Assembly (NCBI GenBank): GCA_964491455.1 | Contig: CAZBFM010000001.1 | Coordinates: 522,293 to 562,902, forward strand | From: an uncultured Candidatus Saccharibacteria bacterium | GTDB taxonomy: Bacteria > Patescibacteriota > Minisyncoccia > 2-02-FULL-40-12 > GWA2-44-9 | Reading direction: 5' to 3' | DNA: 40,610 bases | Part shown: piece after piece, positions 1 to 7,139 of the stretch | Position numbering within the stretch: position 1 is the first letter of the stretch | How the letters are laid out: each line of letters begins with the position of its first letter | Made by a program: the position numbers and the translations under genes | The notes under the pieces: model-generated | Seen by the model: the letters and a program-made list of their open reading frames with translations, nothing else | Database searches by the model: none | Told to the model about the DNA's origin: nothing

Positions 1-918
1 GTGTCGCAATCGGTACCCACAAGTATCGTCGCCGGACAAACAGCGACCGCCACCGTTACCATGACCAACAATGGCACCACGACGTGGACGACAGGCGCAT
101 CGTATAAGCTTGGCTCTCAGAACCCAGCGGACAACTCAACGTGGGGATTGGGCCGCGTCACGGTTGGATCATCCATTAGTCCTGGAGCCTCCAAGATATT
201 CTCCTTCACCATCACCGCACCGAGCACTCCAGGGACCTACAACTTCCAATGGCGCATGGTGCAAGAGCTGATCGAGTGGTTTGGCAATACAACACCCAAT
301 GTTGCGATTACGGTGACAGCTACGAATCCGGTTGTTTCCAGTGTTCAAGCAGGCGCTCAAGATTATTGCTCTCATAGCGACCAACGCTCCATCTCATGGT
401 CGTATAGTGATCCCCTAGCGAAAGCCCAGACGTCCTATACTGTTCAGATTGGACGAGACCCCTTATTTGCTGATTACGATTTTTCGTACGCGGGCATCGG
501 AAGCTCAACGAACTACACGCAAACGGGCTTAAGCTACAACACGACCTACTATGCGCGCGTGAAGGCAGTCAACAGCAGTGGTGTAGAGTCTGCATGGGCA
601 TCGAGCGCAGCGTGGACGACACCTCTGCATGCATACCCATCAGCGAACTTCACATTCGCACCTTCAAGGCCCGAAATTGGCGCCACGACCACGTTCACCA
701 ATACATCGACTTGCTCCCCTTCATGCCCTATATGGTCGTGGAATTTTGGTGACAGCGGTACATCAACTTCACAATCACCAACACATGCGTTTTCTGCAGC
801 ATCAACCTACAGTGTTCAACTCACCGCTACCGACACCGCAGGATACTCATGCTCCACTACAAAGTCGGTCCCCGTTCAGCAGCGTATTCCTGGGTGGAAA
901 GAGGTGCTGCCGAGATAG
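1..918 (+). CDS. Secreted/surface multi-domain protein, C-terminal fragment (5' end outside window): NBR1-FW-like Ig module, FN3-like module, PKD-like module
   Basis: ORF open from the window edge to TAG at 916-918. Motifs: STWGLGRV...YNFQWRMVQELIEWFG (FW-type), TTYYARVKAVNSSGVES (FN3-like), WNFGDSGTS...YSVQLTATD (PKD-like). Confidence 0.6.
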   Translation: MSQSVPTSIVAGQTATATVTMTNNGTTTWTTGASYKLGSQNPADNSTWGLGRVTVGSSISPGASKIFSFTITAPSTPGTYNFQWRMVQELIEWFGNTTPNVAITVTATNPVVSSVQAGAQDYCSHSDQRSISWSYSDPLAKAQTSYTVQIGRDPLFADYDFSYAGIGSSTNYTQTGLSYNTTYYARVKAVNSSGVESAWASSAAWTTPLHAYPSANFTFAPSRPEIGATTTFTNTSTCSPSCPIWSWNFGDSGTSTSQSPTHAFSAASTYSVQLTATDTAGYSCSTTKSVPVQQRIPGWKEVLPR

Positions 919-949
919 CAATCCTGTGCTACTATCGTGCAAGCAACCA

Positions 950-1036
950 GGGAAGGTGGCTGAGTGGTTGAAAGCAGCGGTTTACTAAACCGCCGGACCT
1001 TTACGGGTCTCGTGGGTTCGAATCCCACCCTTCCCG
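950..1036 (+). tRNA. tRNA-Ser (type II, long variable arm); anticodon reads ACU in my hand fold (GCU expected)
   Basis: Acceptor GGGAAGG/CCTTCCC, 3-bp D stem GCT/AGC, anticodon stem GCGGT/ACCGC with loop TTACTAA, 18-nt variable arm, T arm GTGGG-TTCGAAT-CCCAC, discriminator G. CCA is not encoded. Confidence 0.85.
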
Positions 1037-1048
1037 CATTGCAAAAAG

Positions 1049-1071
1049 AACTGCCGTTTGGCAGTTTTTTT
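1049..1071. terminator. Rho-independent terminator, bidirectional (A-run upstream, T-run downstream)
   Basis: AACTGCC-GTTT-GGCAGTT hairpin followed by TTTTTTT, preceded by AAAAAG. Confidence 0.7.
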
Positions 1072-1080
1072 GTAGCTAAA

Positions 1081-1208
1081 GAAGCAAGGTGGGATTCGAA
1101 CGGCCGCAGCGTTGCGATAGCAAGCAGCTGACGCCGCGAGGCCTGGTCCCGAAGCGAGTATTCGCGACGGCGAATACTCGACCGAGGGCGAGACCACCCT
1201 TCCCGCCA
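1081..1208 (-). other. Degenerate inverted tRNA-Ser-like element / structured RNA candidate
   Basis: Exact 14-nt inverted copy of the tRNA-Ser T-arm GTTCGAATCCCACC (1088-1101). Exact 13-nt direct copy of its acceptor end CCACCCTTCCCGC (1194-1206, followed by CA). Internal perfect 10-bp hairpin GAGTATTCGC-GACG-GCGAATACTC. The T stem and acceptor do not pair as in a functional tRNA. Confidence 0.3.
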
Positions 1209-1236
1209 TTACAAATGCAGACGCCGGTGATATACT
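1209..1236 (+). promoter_or_regulatory. Sigma70-like promoter candidate for 1264-1692
   Basis: TTACAA, 16-nt spacer, TATACT. Confidence 0.4.
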
Positions 1237-1263
1237 GAACGTGCGTATAAATTAATTATTCTT

Positions 1264-1692
1264 ATGAAGCAACTCGAAAAAGTATTATCGTCATTTTTCG
1301 CATCTCTCCCGAATCTCCCCGCGAGCATCCGAGAATTCCTCGTTAAAATCGCACCGTACTTTGCAGTGATTGGTTTTATTCTGTCGCTCCCTGCAATTCT
1401 CTCATTGATAGGGCTGGGATCCTTCGCGTCAGTTATCGCAGGTATTGGAGGCAACTGGGCAAACGACGGCGGCACCGCACTTGCCATCATCTACTCTATC
1501 GTCAGCACTATTCTTCTCGGTCTCTCAATTAGTGGACTCTTTGCGCGGCACATGGAGGGATGGCGTTACAGCTACTACAACGCGCTCGCTGGTGGCGTCT
1601 ATGCAATCTTGCGCTACGACTTGGGAGGTTTGATTATCGGCACCGGCATTTCATTGTACGTGCTTTTCCAGATTCGCTCGCACTACAAATAG
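1264..1692 (+). CDS. Small multi-pass membrane protein, function unknown
   Basis: 142-aa ORF with an ATG start and 3-4 hydrophobic helices. No motif recognised. Confidence 0.6.
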   Translation: MKQLEKVLSSFFASLPNLPASIREFLVKIAPYFAVIGFILSLPAILSLIGLGSFASVIAGIGGNWANDGGTALAIIYSIVSTILLGLSISGLFARHMEGWRYSYYNALAGGVYAILRYDLGGLIIGTGISLYVLFQIRSHYK

Positions 1693-1753
1693 CCACGCAC
1701 AGCGTGGCTCGACGTTGCGAAATCACGATTTTCGTGGTATTCTTTGACGTCCT

Positions 1754-3289
1754 ATGAGCTCCACGCCCTCTCCTATCGCATCGACCACATCCACCCCTCG
1801 CCCACCAGTCGTGGTTGTATTGGGTCACGTGGATCATGGAAAGACCAAGCTTCTCGACGTGATTCGTAAGACCAACGTCGTCGCCGGCGAGTCAGGCGGC
1901 ATCACGCAACACATCGGTGCCTATCAGGTTACGGCCGAGGGAAAGACGCTTACGTTCTTGGACACGCCAGGGCATGAAGCATTTACCGCGATCCGCAGTC
2001 GCGGAGCACATGTAGCAGATATTGCGATCTTGGTGGTCGCCGCCGACGAGTCCGTCAAGCCACAGACCAAGGAAGCTATCCGCATCATCAAAGAATCTGG
2101 TCTTCCTACTATTATCGCCATCAATAAGATCGACAAAGAGGGAGCAAACTCCGCAAAGGTAAAGCAGGATCTCGCACAAGAAGATGTGCTCGTCGAAGAA
2201 TGGGGCGGACAGACGCCTGCAGTTGAAATTTCGGCAAAAGATGGCCGTGGCATTCCTGAGCTCTTAGAAATGATTGGCTTGGTAGCCGACTTGCTTGAGC
2301 TCAAAGAAATCTTGCCCGCACAATCTTCAGGTATCATCATCGAGTCAAATCTTGATAAGCGTCGCGGCTATGTTGCCACTGCACTAGTCAAAGAAGGTAT
2401 TTTGCACGTTGGTGACTGGATAGTCGTTGACCACGTCGTCGGCAAAGTAAAAAGCATGGAAGATTTTCTGGGAACTCCAATCCAAGAAGCTCGCCCCTCG
2501 CAACCAGTACTGCTGACCGGATGGCAAGAACCTCCACGCGTTGGGGGCACGTATCACACAGCGCCATCGAAAAAGTCTGCCGAAGAACTCGCTGCCGACT
2601 CTATCACTCCCCCACCAGCTGCATTCGATACATTCCGCGGAGGCGACCATGGCACATCATCGGATCGGCTTACCTTGAATGTCATTTTCAAAGCGGATGT
2701 CGCTAGCTCGCTTGAAGCGATCGAACTTTCTATCGCAGCAATTCCTTCGGAGCAAATCTCTCTTCGTGTGCTCGGCTCTGGCATCGGCAACATCACCGAG
2801 GGTGATGTGAAAACAGCTGCAGCAAAAGGTGCAATAATTTTGGGATTTCGTGTGCAGCCAGATTCAGCTGCAGCAAAACTCGCTGAACGCGACGGCATCA
2901 CGATTCGTTCGTTTGATATCATCTACGAACTCATCGAGGCTATCCGCAACGAACTAGCCGCGCTTCTACCCACCGAGACACAGCGCACCGTGGTCGGCAA
3001 ACTCAAAGTGCTTGCCATCTTTAAAACTGATGCGCGCTCTGTTATCTTAGGCGGGCGCGTCACCACTGGATCGATTCGCAAGGGATCACTCGTGGATCTA
3101 GCGCAGTCCGAAAAGCCGATTCGTATCGGAAAAATCACGAGTCTCCAGCGCGAAAAAGAAGACGTCACCGAAGTCGCGCAAGGCGCTGACTGTGGTATGC
3201 GAATCGACACGAATGCATTCGAAGGTGAGGTTCGCGAGGGCGATGTGCTAGAATTCATCACCGAAGAGCAGGTTAAAAAAACGCTCTAA
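1754..3289 (+). CDS. infB: Translation initiation factor IF-2 (short form lacking the long N-terminal region)
   Basis: GTPase motifs VLGHVDHGKTKLLD, LDTPGHEAF and AINKIDK. C-terminal IF-2 domains are present. 511 aa. Confidence 0.95.
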   Translation: MSSTPSPIASTTSTPRPPVVVVLGHVDHGKTKLLDVIRKTNVVAGESGGITQHIGAYQVTAEGKTLTFLDTPGHEAFTAIRSRGAHVADIAILVVAADESVKPQTKEAIRIIKESGLPTIIAINKIDKEGANSAKVKQDLAQEDVLVEEWGGQTPAVEISAKDGRGIPELLEMIGLVADLLELKEILPAQSSGIIIESNLDKRRGYVATALVKEGILHVGDWIVVDHVVGKVKSMEDFLGTPIQEARPSQPVLLTGWQEPPRVGGTYHTAPSKKSAEELAADSITPPPAAFDTFRGGDHGTSSDRLTLNVIFKADVASSLEAIELSIAAIPSEQISLRVLGSGIGNITEGDVKTAAAKGAIILGFRVQPDSAAAKLAERDGITIRSFDIIYELIEAIRNELAALLPTETQRTVVGKLKVLAIFKTDARSVILGGRVTTGSIRKGSLVDLAQSEKPIRIGKITSLQREKEDVTEVAQGADCGMRIDTNAFEGEVREGDVLEFITEEQVKKTL

Positions 3290-3393
3290 CCGGCGCAGCA
3301 CCGCTTCGCCTGCTAGCTCCGTGGTACAAGCAGTGGTGCTAGATAGTAAAGGTGTATATGAACAATTCGAGGTATAGGTCATGCCGCATGCAT

Positions 3394-3468
3394 GGCGCAG
3401 TCGCCAAGTGGTAAGGCAAGGGTCTGCAAAACCCTTATTCGGGGGTTCGATTCCCCCCTGCGCCTCCA
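3394..3468 (+). tRNA. tRNA-Cys (GCA), CCA encoded
   Basis: Acceptor GGCGCAG/CTGCGCC, D arm with the A13:A22 mismatch typical of bacterial tRNA-Cys, anticodon loop CTGCAAA, T arm GGGGG-TTCGATT-CCCCC, discriminator T then CCA. Confidence 0.9.
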
Positions 3469-3493
3469 ATGTTCTTTTCGAGATAGGAGCGAT

Positions 3494-3985
3494 ATGCGTA
3501 TCATACGATGCACATCCACAAGTGTGTTCCCCTACACCGACCGACTCACGTATCTATTGCGACAACAGTCACCAGGCGATCGAGCACTGACCGATGATGA
3601 CATCAGAGAAGCGCTCAGTAATCCGAACTTCTACCTCTTCGTTGCCGTTGATGATCTGGGGTCGTTTCCCCATAATTACCTCGGTATGGGTAGCATTTTC
3701 TTCCAGCGCAATCTTGCGCGTTGGATTGCTGAAATTCACGATGTTGTTGTCGATGAGCCGCAACGTGGCCGACACATAGGTGAGACTCTGACAAAGAAAC
3801 TCATCGATACGGCGCAGTCATTCGCAACGAACCGAGATCAAAAGATAAAGTTGTTTCTGACGAGTCGACCCAGTCGCACGGCGGCCAATGCCCTCTATCG
3901 CAAGCTCGGCTTCGTGCTCGTCGCACAGGCAGATGGTGCATGGGGTACGAATTTGTACAAGATGAATATCATGCCAAGGCCCTGA
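3494..3985 (+). CDS. GNAT family N-acetyltransferase
   Basis: ATG at 3494 preceded by AGGAG (3485-3489). Acetyl-CoA motif A is VVVDEPQRGRHIGETL. The longer ORF from 3392 would overlap tRNA-Cys. Confidence 0.75.
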   Translation: MRIIRCTSTSVFPYTDRLTYLLRQQSPGDRALTDDDIREALSNPNFYLFVAVDDLGSFPHNYLGMGSIFFQRNLARWIAEIHDVVVDEPQRGRHIGETLTKKLIDTAQSFATNRDQKIKLFLTSRPSRTAANALYRKLGFVLVAQADGAWGTNLYKMNIMPRP

Positions 3986-4017
3986 CCCGCACGCCCGTTA
4001 CCTGATGGGCTTTTTTC

Positions 4018-4045
4018 TTGAAAAAGCCTTAAAAATCAGTATACT
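4018..4045 (+). promoter_or_regulatory. Sigma70-like promoter candidate for tRNA-Leu
   Basis: TTGAAA, 16-nt spacer, TATACT, about 17 nt upstream of the tRNA 5' end. Confidence 0.45.
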
Positions 4046-4061
4046 AGCGGTAGTACAGTTT

Positions 4062-4146
4062 GCCCGGGTGGCGGAATTGGTATACGCACTCGACTTAAAA
4101 TCGGGCGCCGCAAGGCATGTGGGTTCGACTCCCACCCCGGGCACCA
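4062..4146 (+). tRNA. tRNA-Leu (TAA), CCA encoded
   Basis: Acceptor GCCCGGG/CCCGGGC, anticodon stem CTCGA/TCGGG with loop CTTAAAA, long variable arm, T arm GTGGG-TTCGACT-CCCAC, discriminator A then CCA. Confidence 0.9.
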
Positions 4147-4164
4147 TCACATCTCAGTCAAAAC

Positions 4165-4186
4165 AGCACCCCGACATCGGGGTGCT
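4165..4186. terminator. Hairpin terminator shared by tRNA-Leu (+) and the 4194-4628 gene (-)
   Basis: AGCACCCCG-ACAT-CGGGGTGCT, followed by TTGCTT on the + strand and GTTTTG on the - strand. Confidence 0.55.
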
Positions 4187-4193
4187 TTGCTTC

Positions 4194-4628
4194 TCATTCG
4201 TATTCACGCATACCACGGGCATCGTAGAGACGGCTGCGCGTTTGCCCCACCGATAATGCACGAATTCGCGAGTAGCTTTCCACCGGCTGAAGAATCAATC
4301 CTCGCGTTGGCTTGGATGTGATGCGTATCTGCCACACCGGCATGCCGTGCATCAGGAAGTATCGCGCCTCCCCCGCAACGCCCGCACCCCACATGCCGTC
4401 GCCAAACGGAAGAAACACACCTCCATCGCACAGCGGGAGCACGCACTCATAGAAGTACACCATGCCATTGCCTGTACGCGACTTCGAGCGCCGATATCCT
4501 TCTTGATGCGCCACGATATTGGGGTTCTCAAGTGTGCAGTTCGGAATAAGTCGTGGGATACGCTCTAGGATGTACGCTTCCAGCTCCGTGTCGTATGAAT
4601 TTACGGGATGTCCAAAGTACAACCGCAT
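4194..4628 (-). CDS. Hypothetical protein; possibly nucleoside 2-deoxyribosyltransferase-like fold (weak guess)
   Basis: 144-aa ORF starting MRLYFGHPVNSYDTELE..., with ...GGVFLPFGDGMWGAGVAGEARYFLMHGMPVW. It lies between tRNA-Leu and tRNA-Arg on the opposite strand. Confidence 0.5.
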   Translation of the reverse strand: MRLYFGHPVNSYDTELEAYILERIPRLIPNCTLENPNIVAHQEGYRRSKSRTGNGMVYFYECVLPLCDGGVFLPFGDGMWGAGVAGEARYFLMHGMPVWQIRITSKPTRGLILQPVESYSRIRALSVGQTRSRLYDARGMREYE

Positions 4629-4708
4629 ACCTCACCTCCTCTGTCGCGACAATAGCAATCACGTTGAAATTGTAAAGAATCATGCGATACTCACAGTGAC
4701 TTCACCTT

Positions 4709-4780
4709 GCTCCTGTCGTTTAATGGATAAGACGCTGGCCTCCGAAGCCGGAAATTGAGGTTCGATTCCTCATGGGAGCA
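4709..4780 (+). tRNA. tRNA-Arg (CCG), CCA not encoded
   Basis: Acceptor GCTCCTG/TGGGAGC (two G:U pairs), D stem GTTT/AGAC, anticodon stem CTGGC/GCCGG with loop CTCCGAA, T arm TGAGG-TTCGATT-CCTCA, discriminator A. Confidence 0.85.
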
Positions 4781-4781
4781 C

Positions 4782-5375
4782 ATGACATTCAACGCACTGC
4801 TCATCGCGAGCGCAACGATACTTCAAATTGCTGGGTACATCTCCTACAACCGAGGAGTTGCTAATCGTACCATCACTCCCAATATTTCGTCGTGGCTCAT
4901 TTGGGGCACCATATCGCTCATCAGCTGCACTTCGTATATCTCGCTGAGCAACCAAAACATCTCGGTGTCGATCATGCCGATTGTAGTGACAATCATCGAT
5001 ATTGCCACCTTCGTGAGCATACTTCACCGAGGAACCTTTCAATCTATTACTCGTTTTGATACAGGAGCGCTCGTTTTGTCGCTTGCATCGCTCATTACAT
5101 GGGCATTCATCGACTCGGCGCAAGCGGCAAACATCCTCGTCCAGGCTGCCCTCCTCATTGGAACACTGCCAACCATTCACGGAGCATACTTGAATCCGTC
5201 GTATGAAAGACCTACTCCATGGTTTCTGTGGTCGTGCGGATTTCTCGTAGCAACTATCATCGTTGCGCGCCAAGATATTCACTGGGTTGCCTATCTTTCT
5301 CCCCTGTTGCAATTGGCCATGTATCTAACCATCGGCACACTCGCGCTTCGCGCAACAAAAAACGCCACCGCGTAG
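4782..5375 (+). CDS. Multi-pass integral membrane protein, function unknown
   Basis: ATG at 4782 immediately after tRNA-Arg; the track start at 4755 lies inside the tRNA. About six hydrophobic helices. Confidence 0.6.
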   Translation: MTFNALLIASATILQIAGYISYNRGVANRTITPNISSWLIWGTISLISCTSYISLSNQNISVSIMPIVVTIIDIATFVSILHRGTFQSITRFDTGALVLSLASLITWAFIDSAQAANILVQAALLIGTLPTIHGAYLNPSYERPTPWFLWSCGFLVATIIVARQDIHWVAYLSPLLQLAMYLTIGTLALRATKNATA

Positions 5376-5387
5376 GTGGCGTTTTTT
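5357..5387. terminator. Bidirectional rho-independent terminator
   Basis: AAAAAA-CGCCACC-GCGTA-GGTGGCG-TTTTTT, overlapping the stop codon of 4782-5375. Confidence 0.75.
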
Positions 5388-5391
5388 GAAA

Positions 5392-5547
5392 CTACTCCGC
5401 CGGAGTCGCTTCCGCTGCAGGTGCATCAACGGTCGCCTCTTCGGTTGCTGGTGCTGCCACCGCTACCTCATCAGCTCCGCAACCGACACACTTGCCCTCT
5501 GCAAACTCGACACCATCACACTGTGCACACTTTTTTACTTCATCCAT
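5392..5547 (-). CDS. Small zinc-ribbon protein (51 aa), below the ORF-track length cutoff
   Basis: My translation of the minus strand: MDEVKKCAQCDGVEFAEGKCVGCGADEVAVAAPATEEATVDAPAAEATPAE*. It has a CxxC-x9-CxxC motif and an acidic Ala/Glu tail. No clear Shine-Dalgarno sequence. Confidence 0.35.
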   Translation of the reverse strand: MDEVKKCAQCDGVEFAEGKCVGCGADEVAVAAPATEEATVDAPAAEATPAE

Positions 5548-5672
5548 AGAATCGTACCGCCCACCACGCACTGCAGCATTACTTGAAAGTCATGCGCGCA
5601 CACAGAGAATCGGAAATGAGTCGGATTACTTCTGCACGCTACCACGATGTGAGCGAAACTACAATGATATTC

Positions 5673-6152
5673 CTATTTATTGGCAACTACGAGCGCGATG
5701 ATCGTTTTGCCAGATTCCGTTGCAATGGTCACCGTTGCAATTCTTCCACTTTTTTCTGCGCTCAATACTGATGTGCCATTAACCGTTGCGTCTGCCTGTA
5801 TCTTCCAGCCCTGCTTCGCGATTTCTCCCTTGTACCACTTCGCAACATCGTCAACGCTGTCCGCTGTTTGCAATCCAACATAGTGACCCTCAGAGCTTGT
5901 ATCCTGTCCTGCTGCAAGAGAACCCTGCACCGTTGAGCCCGGATACACAGGTACATCGGCCGGGAAATCGTTCGGCAGTTTGTCACTCGTTGACCACGTT
6001 CCCTGGTCTGTTGTTACCGTGACGTCATCAATGCTTTTCTCTTCAGTCTCCTTCGTATCTAGAGTCGTGGACGATTTCATGAGACCAGCACGAGCGCCAA
6101 CAACTATCAATCCAACAAGAACGATCGCTCCGACAAGGTATTTTTTATTCAT
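5673..6152 (-). CDS. Exported or membrane-anchored hypothetical protein
   Basis: N-terminal signal anchor MNKKYLVGAIVLVGLIVVGARAG followed by a 130-aa soluble domain. No motif recognised. Confidence 0.65.
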   Translation of the reverse strand: MNKKYLVGAIVLVGLIVVGARAGLMKSSTTLDTKETEEKSIDDVTVTTDQGTWSTSDKLPNDFPADVPVYPGSTVQGSLAAGQDTSSEGHYVGLQTADSVDDVAKWYKGEIAKQGWKIQADATVNGTSVLSAEKSGRIATVTIATESGKTIIALVVANK

Positions 6153-6219
6153 AGGTGACGTACAATATATACGGTGCTATCGTAGCACTAGTTTATCTAT
6201 TTCGGGAGGTACCTTACCA

Positions 6220-7077
6220 ATGCTCGCAATGCTCCTGACGGTACAAATTCTGACGCAAGAAATACCGATCATATACTCGGCGAACATCCCCGATCCATCG
6301 AAGCGAGCAGTTGCGCAAGGGCAAGCCATCGCGCTGCAACTTACGCCACTCAAGTGTGCTCATCCCATTGTCTTCAACGATGTCGCGTACCGCTGTCGAC
6401 CCGATGGTTTCGTTATCATCGGGATTCCTATGAACACGCAAGCGCGAATCTATCCCGTAACATCGGGCACGTCCGTTGTGGCGCAACTCGATATCACCCC
6501 AACGGCATGGCAACGCATTCATCGATCAGCTCGACCGAGCGCGGGAAAAGCGCCACCGGCACAGCTTGATCGAGATCGTATCGCAAAAGACACAGCATTC
6601 TCGGCACACGCGGATGCACGTTGGAGCTCGTATCATCTGCGCGTACCGCTTGCACTTCCATTGAGTTCCGCATTTCGAATCACGGATCCCTTTGGCCTTC
6701 AGCGACTCTATGGGAAGCAAATGGCAACGATCGGACACAATGGAGTGGATCTCGCCGCTCCTGTCCAGCAATCGTGGAGTCGCAGCGCTCCGCTTGCGCA
6801 AAGCATGGCATCCGGCGTTGTTGTACTGGCGTCACGCCTCTGGGCGGAAGGCAATACGGTGGTCGTCTATCATGGCGATTCAATCTATACCTCATATTGT
6901 CATCTCCGCATCATCACTGTGAAGCGCGGCGAGCTCGTAAGCTCCGGACAAGCGCTTGGAGAAGTCGGTAGCACGGGACAATCTTCAGGCCCCCATTTGC
7001 ACCTCACATTTCGCATCAACGGCATCAATGTTGATCCCCTTCTCGCGCGTATCTCCCTCAATGAGTCACTCCGCTAA
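6220..7077 (+). CDS. M23 family metallopeptidase
   Basis: ATG at 6220 with GGGAGG at 6205-6210. Motifs HNGVDLAAP and GSTGQSSGPHLHLTFRINGINVDPL. The track start at 5980 overlaps the convergent 5673-6152 gene. Confidence 0.8.
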   Translation: MLAMLLTVQILTQEIPIIYSANIPDPSKRAVAQGQAIALQLTPLKCAHPIVFNDVAYRCRPDGFVIIGIPMNTQARIYPVTSGTSVVAQLDITPTAWQRIHRSARPSAGKAPPAQLDRDRIAKDTAFSAHADARWSSYHLRVPLALPLSSAFRITDPFGLQRLYGKQMATIGHNGVDLAAPVQQSWSRSAPLAQSMASGVVVLASRLWAEGNTVVVYHGDSIYTSYCHLRIITVKRGELVSSGQALGEVGSTGQSSGPHLHLTFRINGINVDPLLARISLNESLR

Positions 7078-7082
7078 ACACA

Positions 7083-7108
7083 ACCTGCACATCACTGTGC
7101 AGGTTTTT
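7083..7108 (+). terminator. Rho-independent terminator after the M23 gene
   Basis: ACCTGCAC-ATCACT-GTGCAGGT followed by TTTTT. Confidence 0.7.
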
Positions 7109-7139
7109 CATGATAAAATTTCATCACTACATACGTATT

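Noticed and set aside
1081-1208. SRP (4.5S) RNA or tmRNA next to tRNA-Ser
   Set aside because: There is no GGAA/GNRA-capped helix 8 motif with the AGCA/CAGG loops. It is far too short for tmRNA and has no tag reading frame or intact T-arm.
1892-3261. Several 88-138-aa minus-strand ORFs inside infB
   Set aside because: They are antisense to a complete, motif-rich IF-2 coding frame and have no independent support.
3392-3493. 5' extensions of ORFs running through tRNA genes or neighbouring genes (3392-3985 over tRNA-Cys, 4005-4256 over tRNA-Leu, 4755 start over tRNA-Arg, 27757 start of tsaE, 17003 start of pnp, 5980 start of M23)
   Set aside because: In each case an internal start gives a protein whose N-terminus matches the family or is preceded by an RBS. 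The extension overlaps a tRNA, a terminator or a convergent gene.
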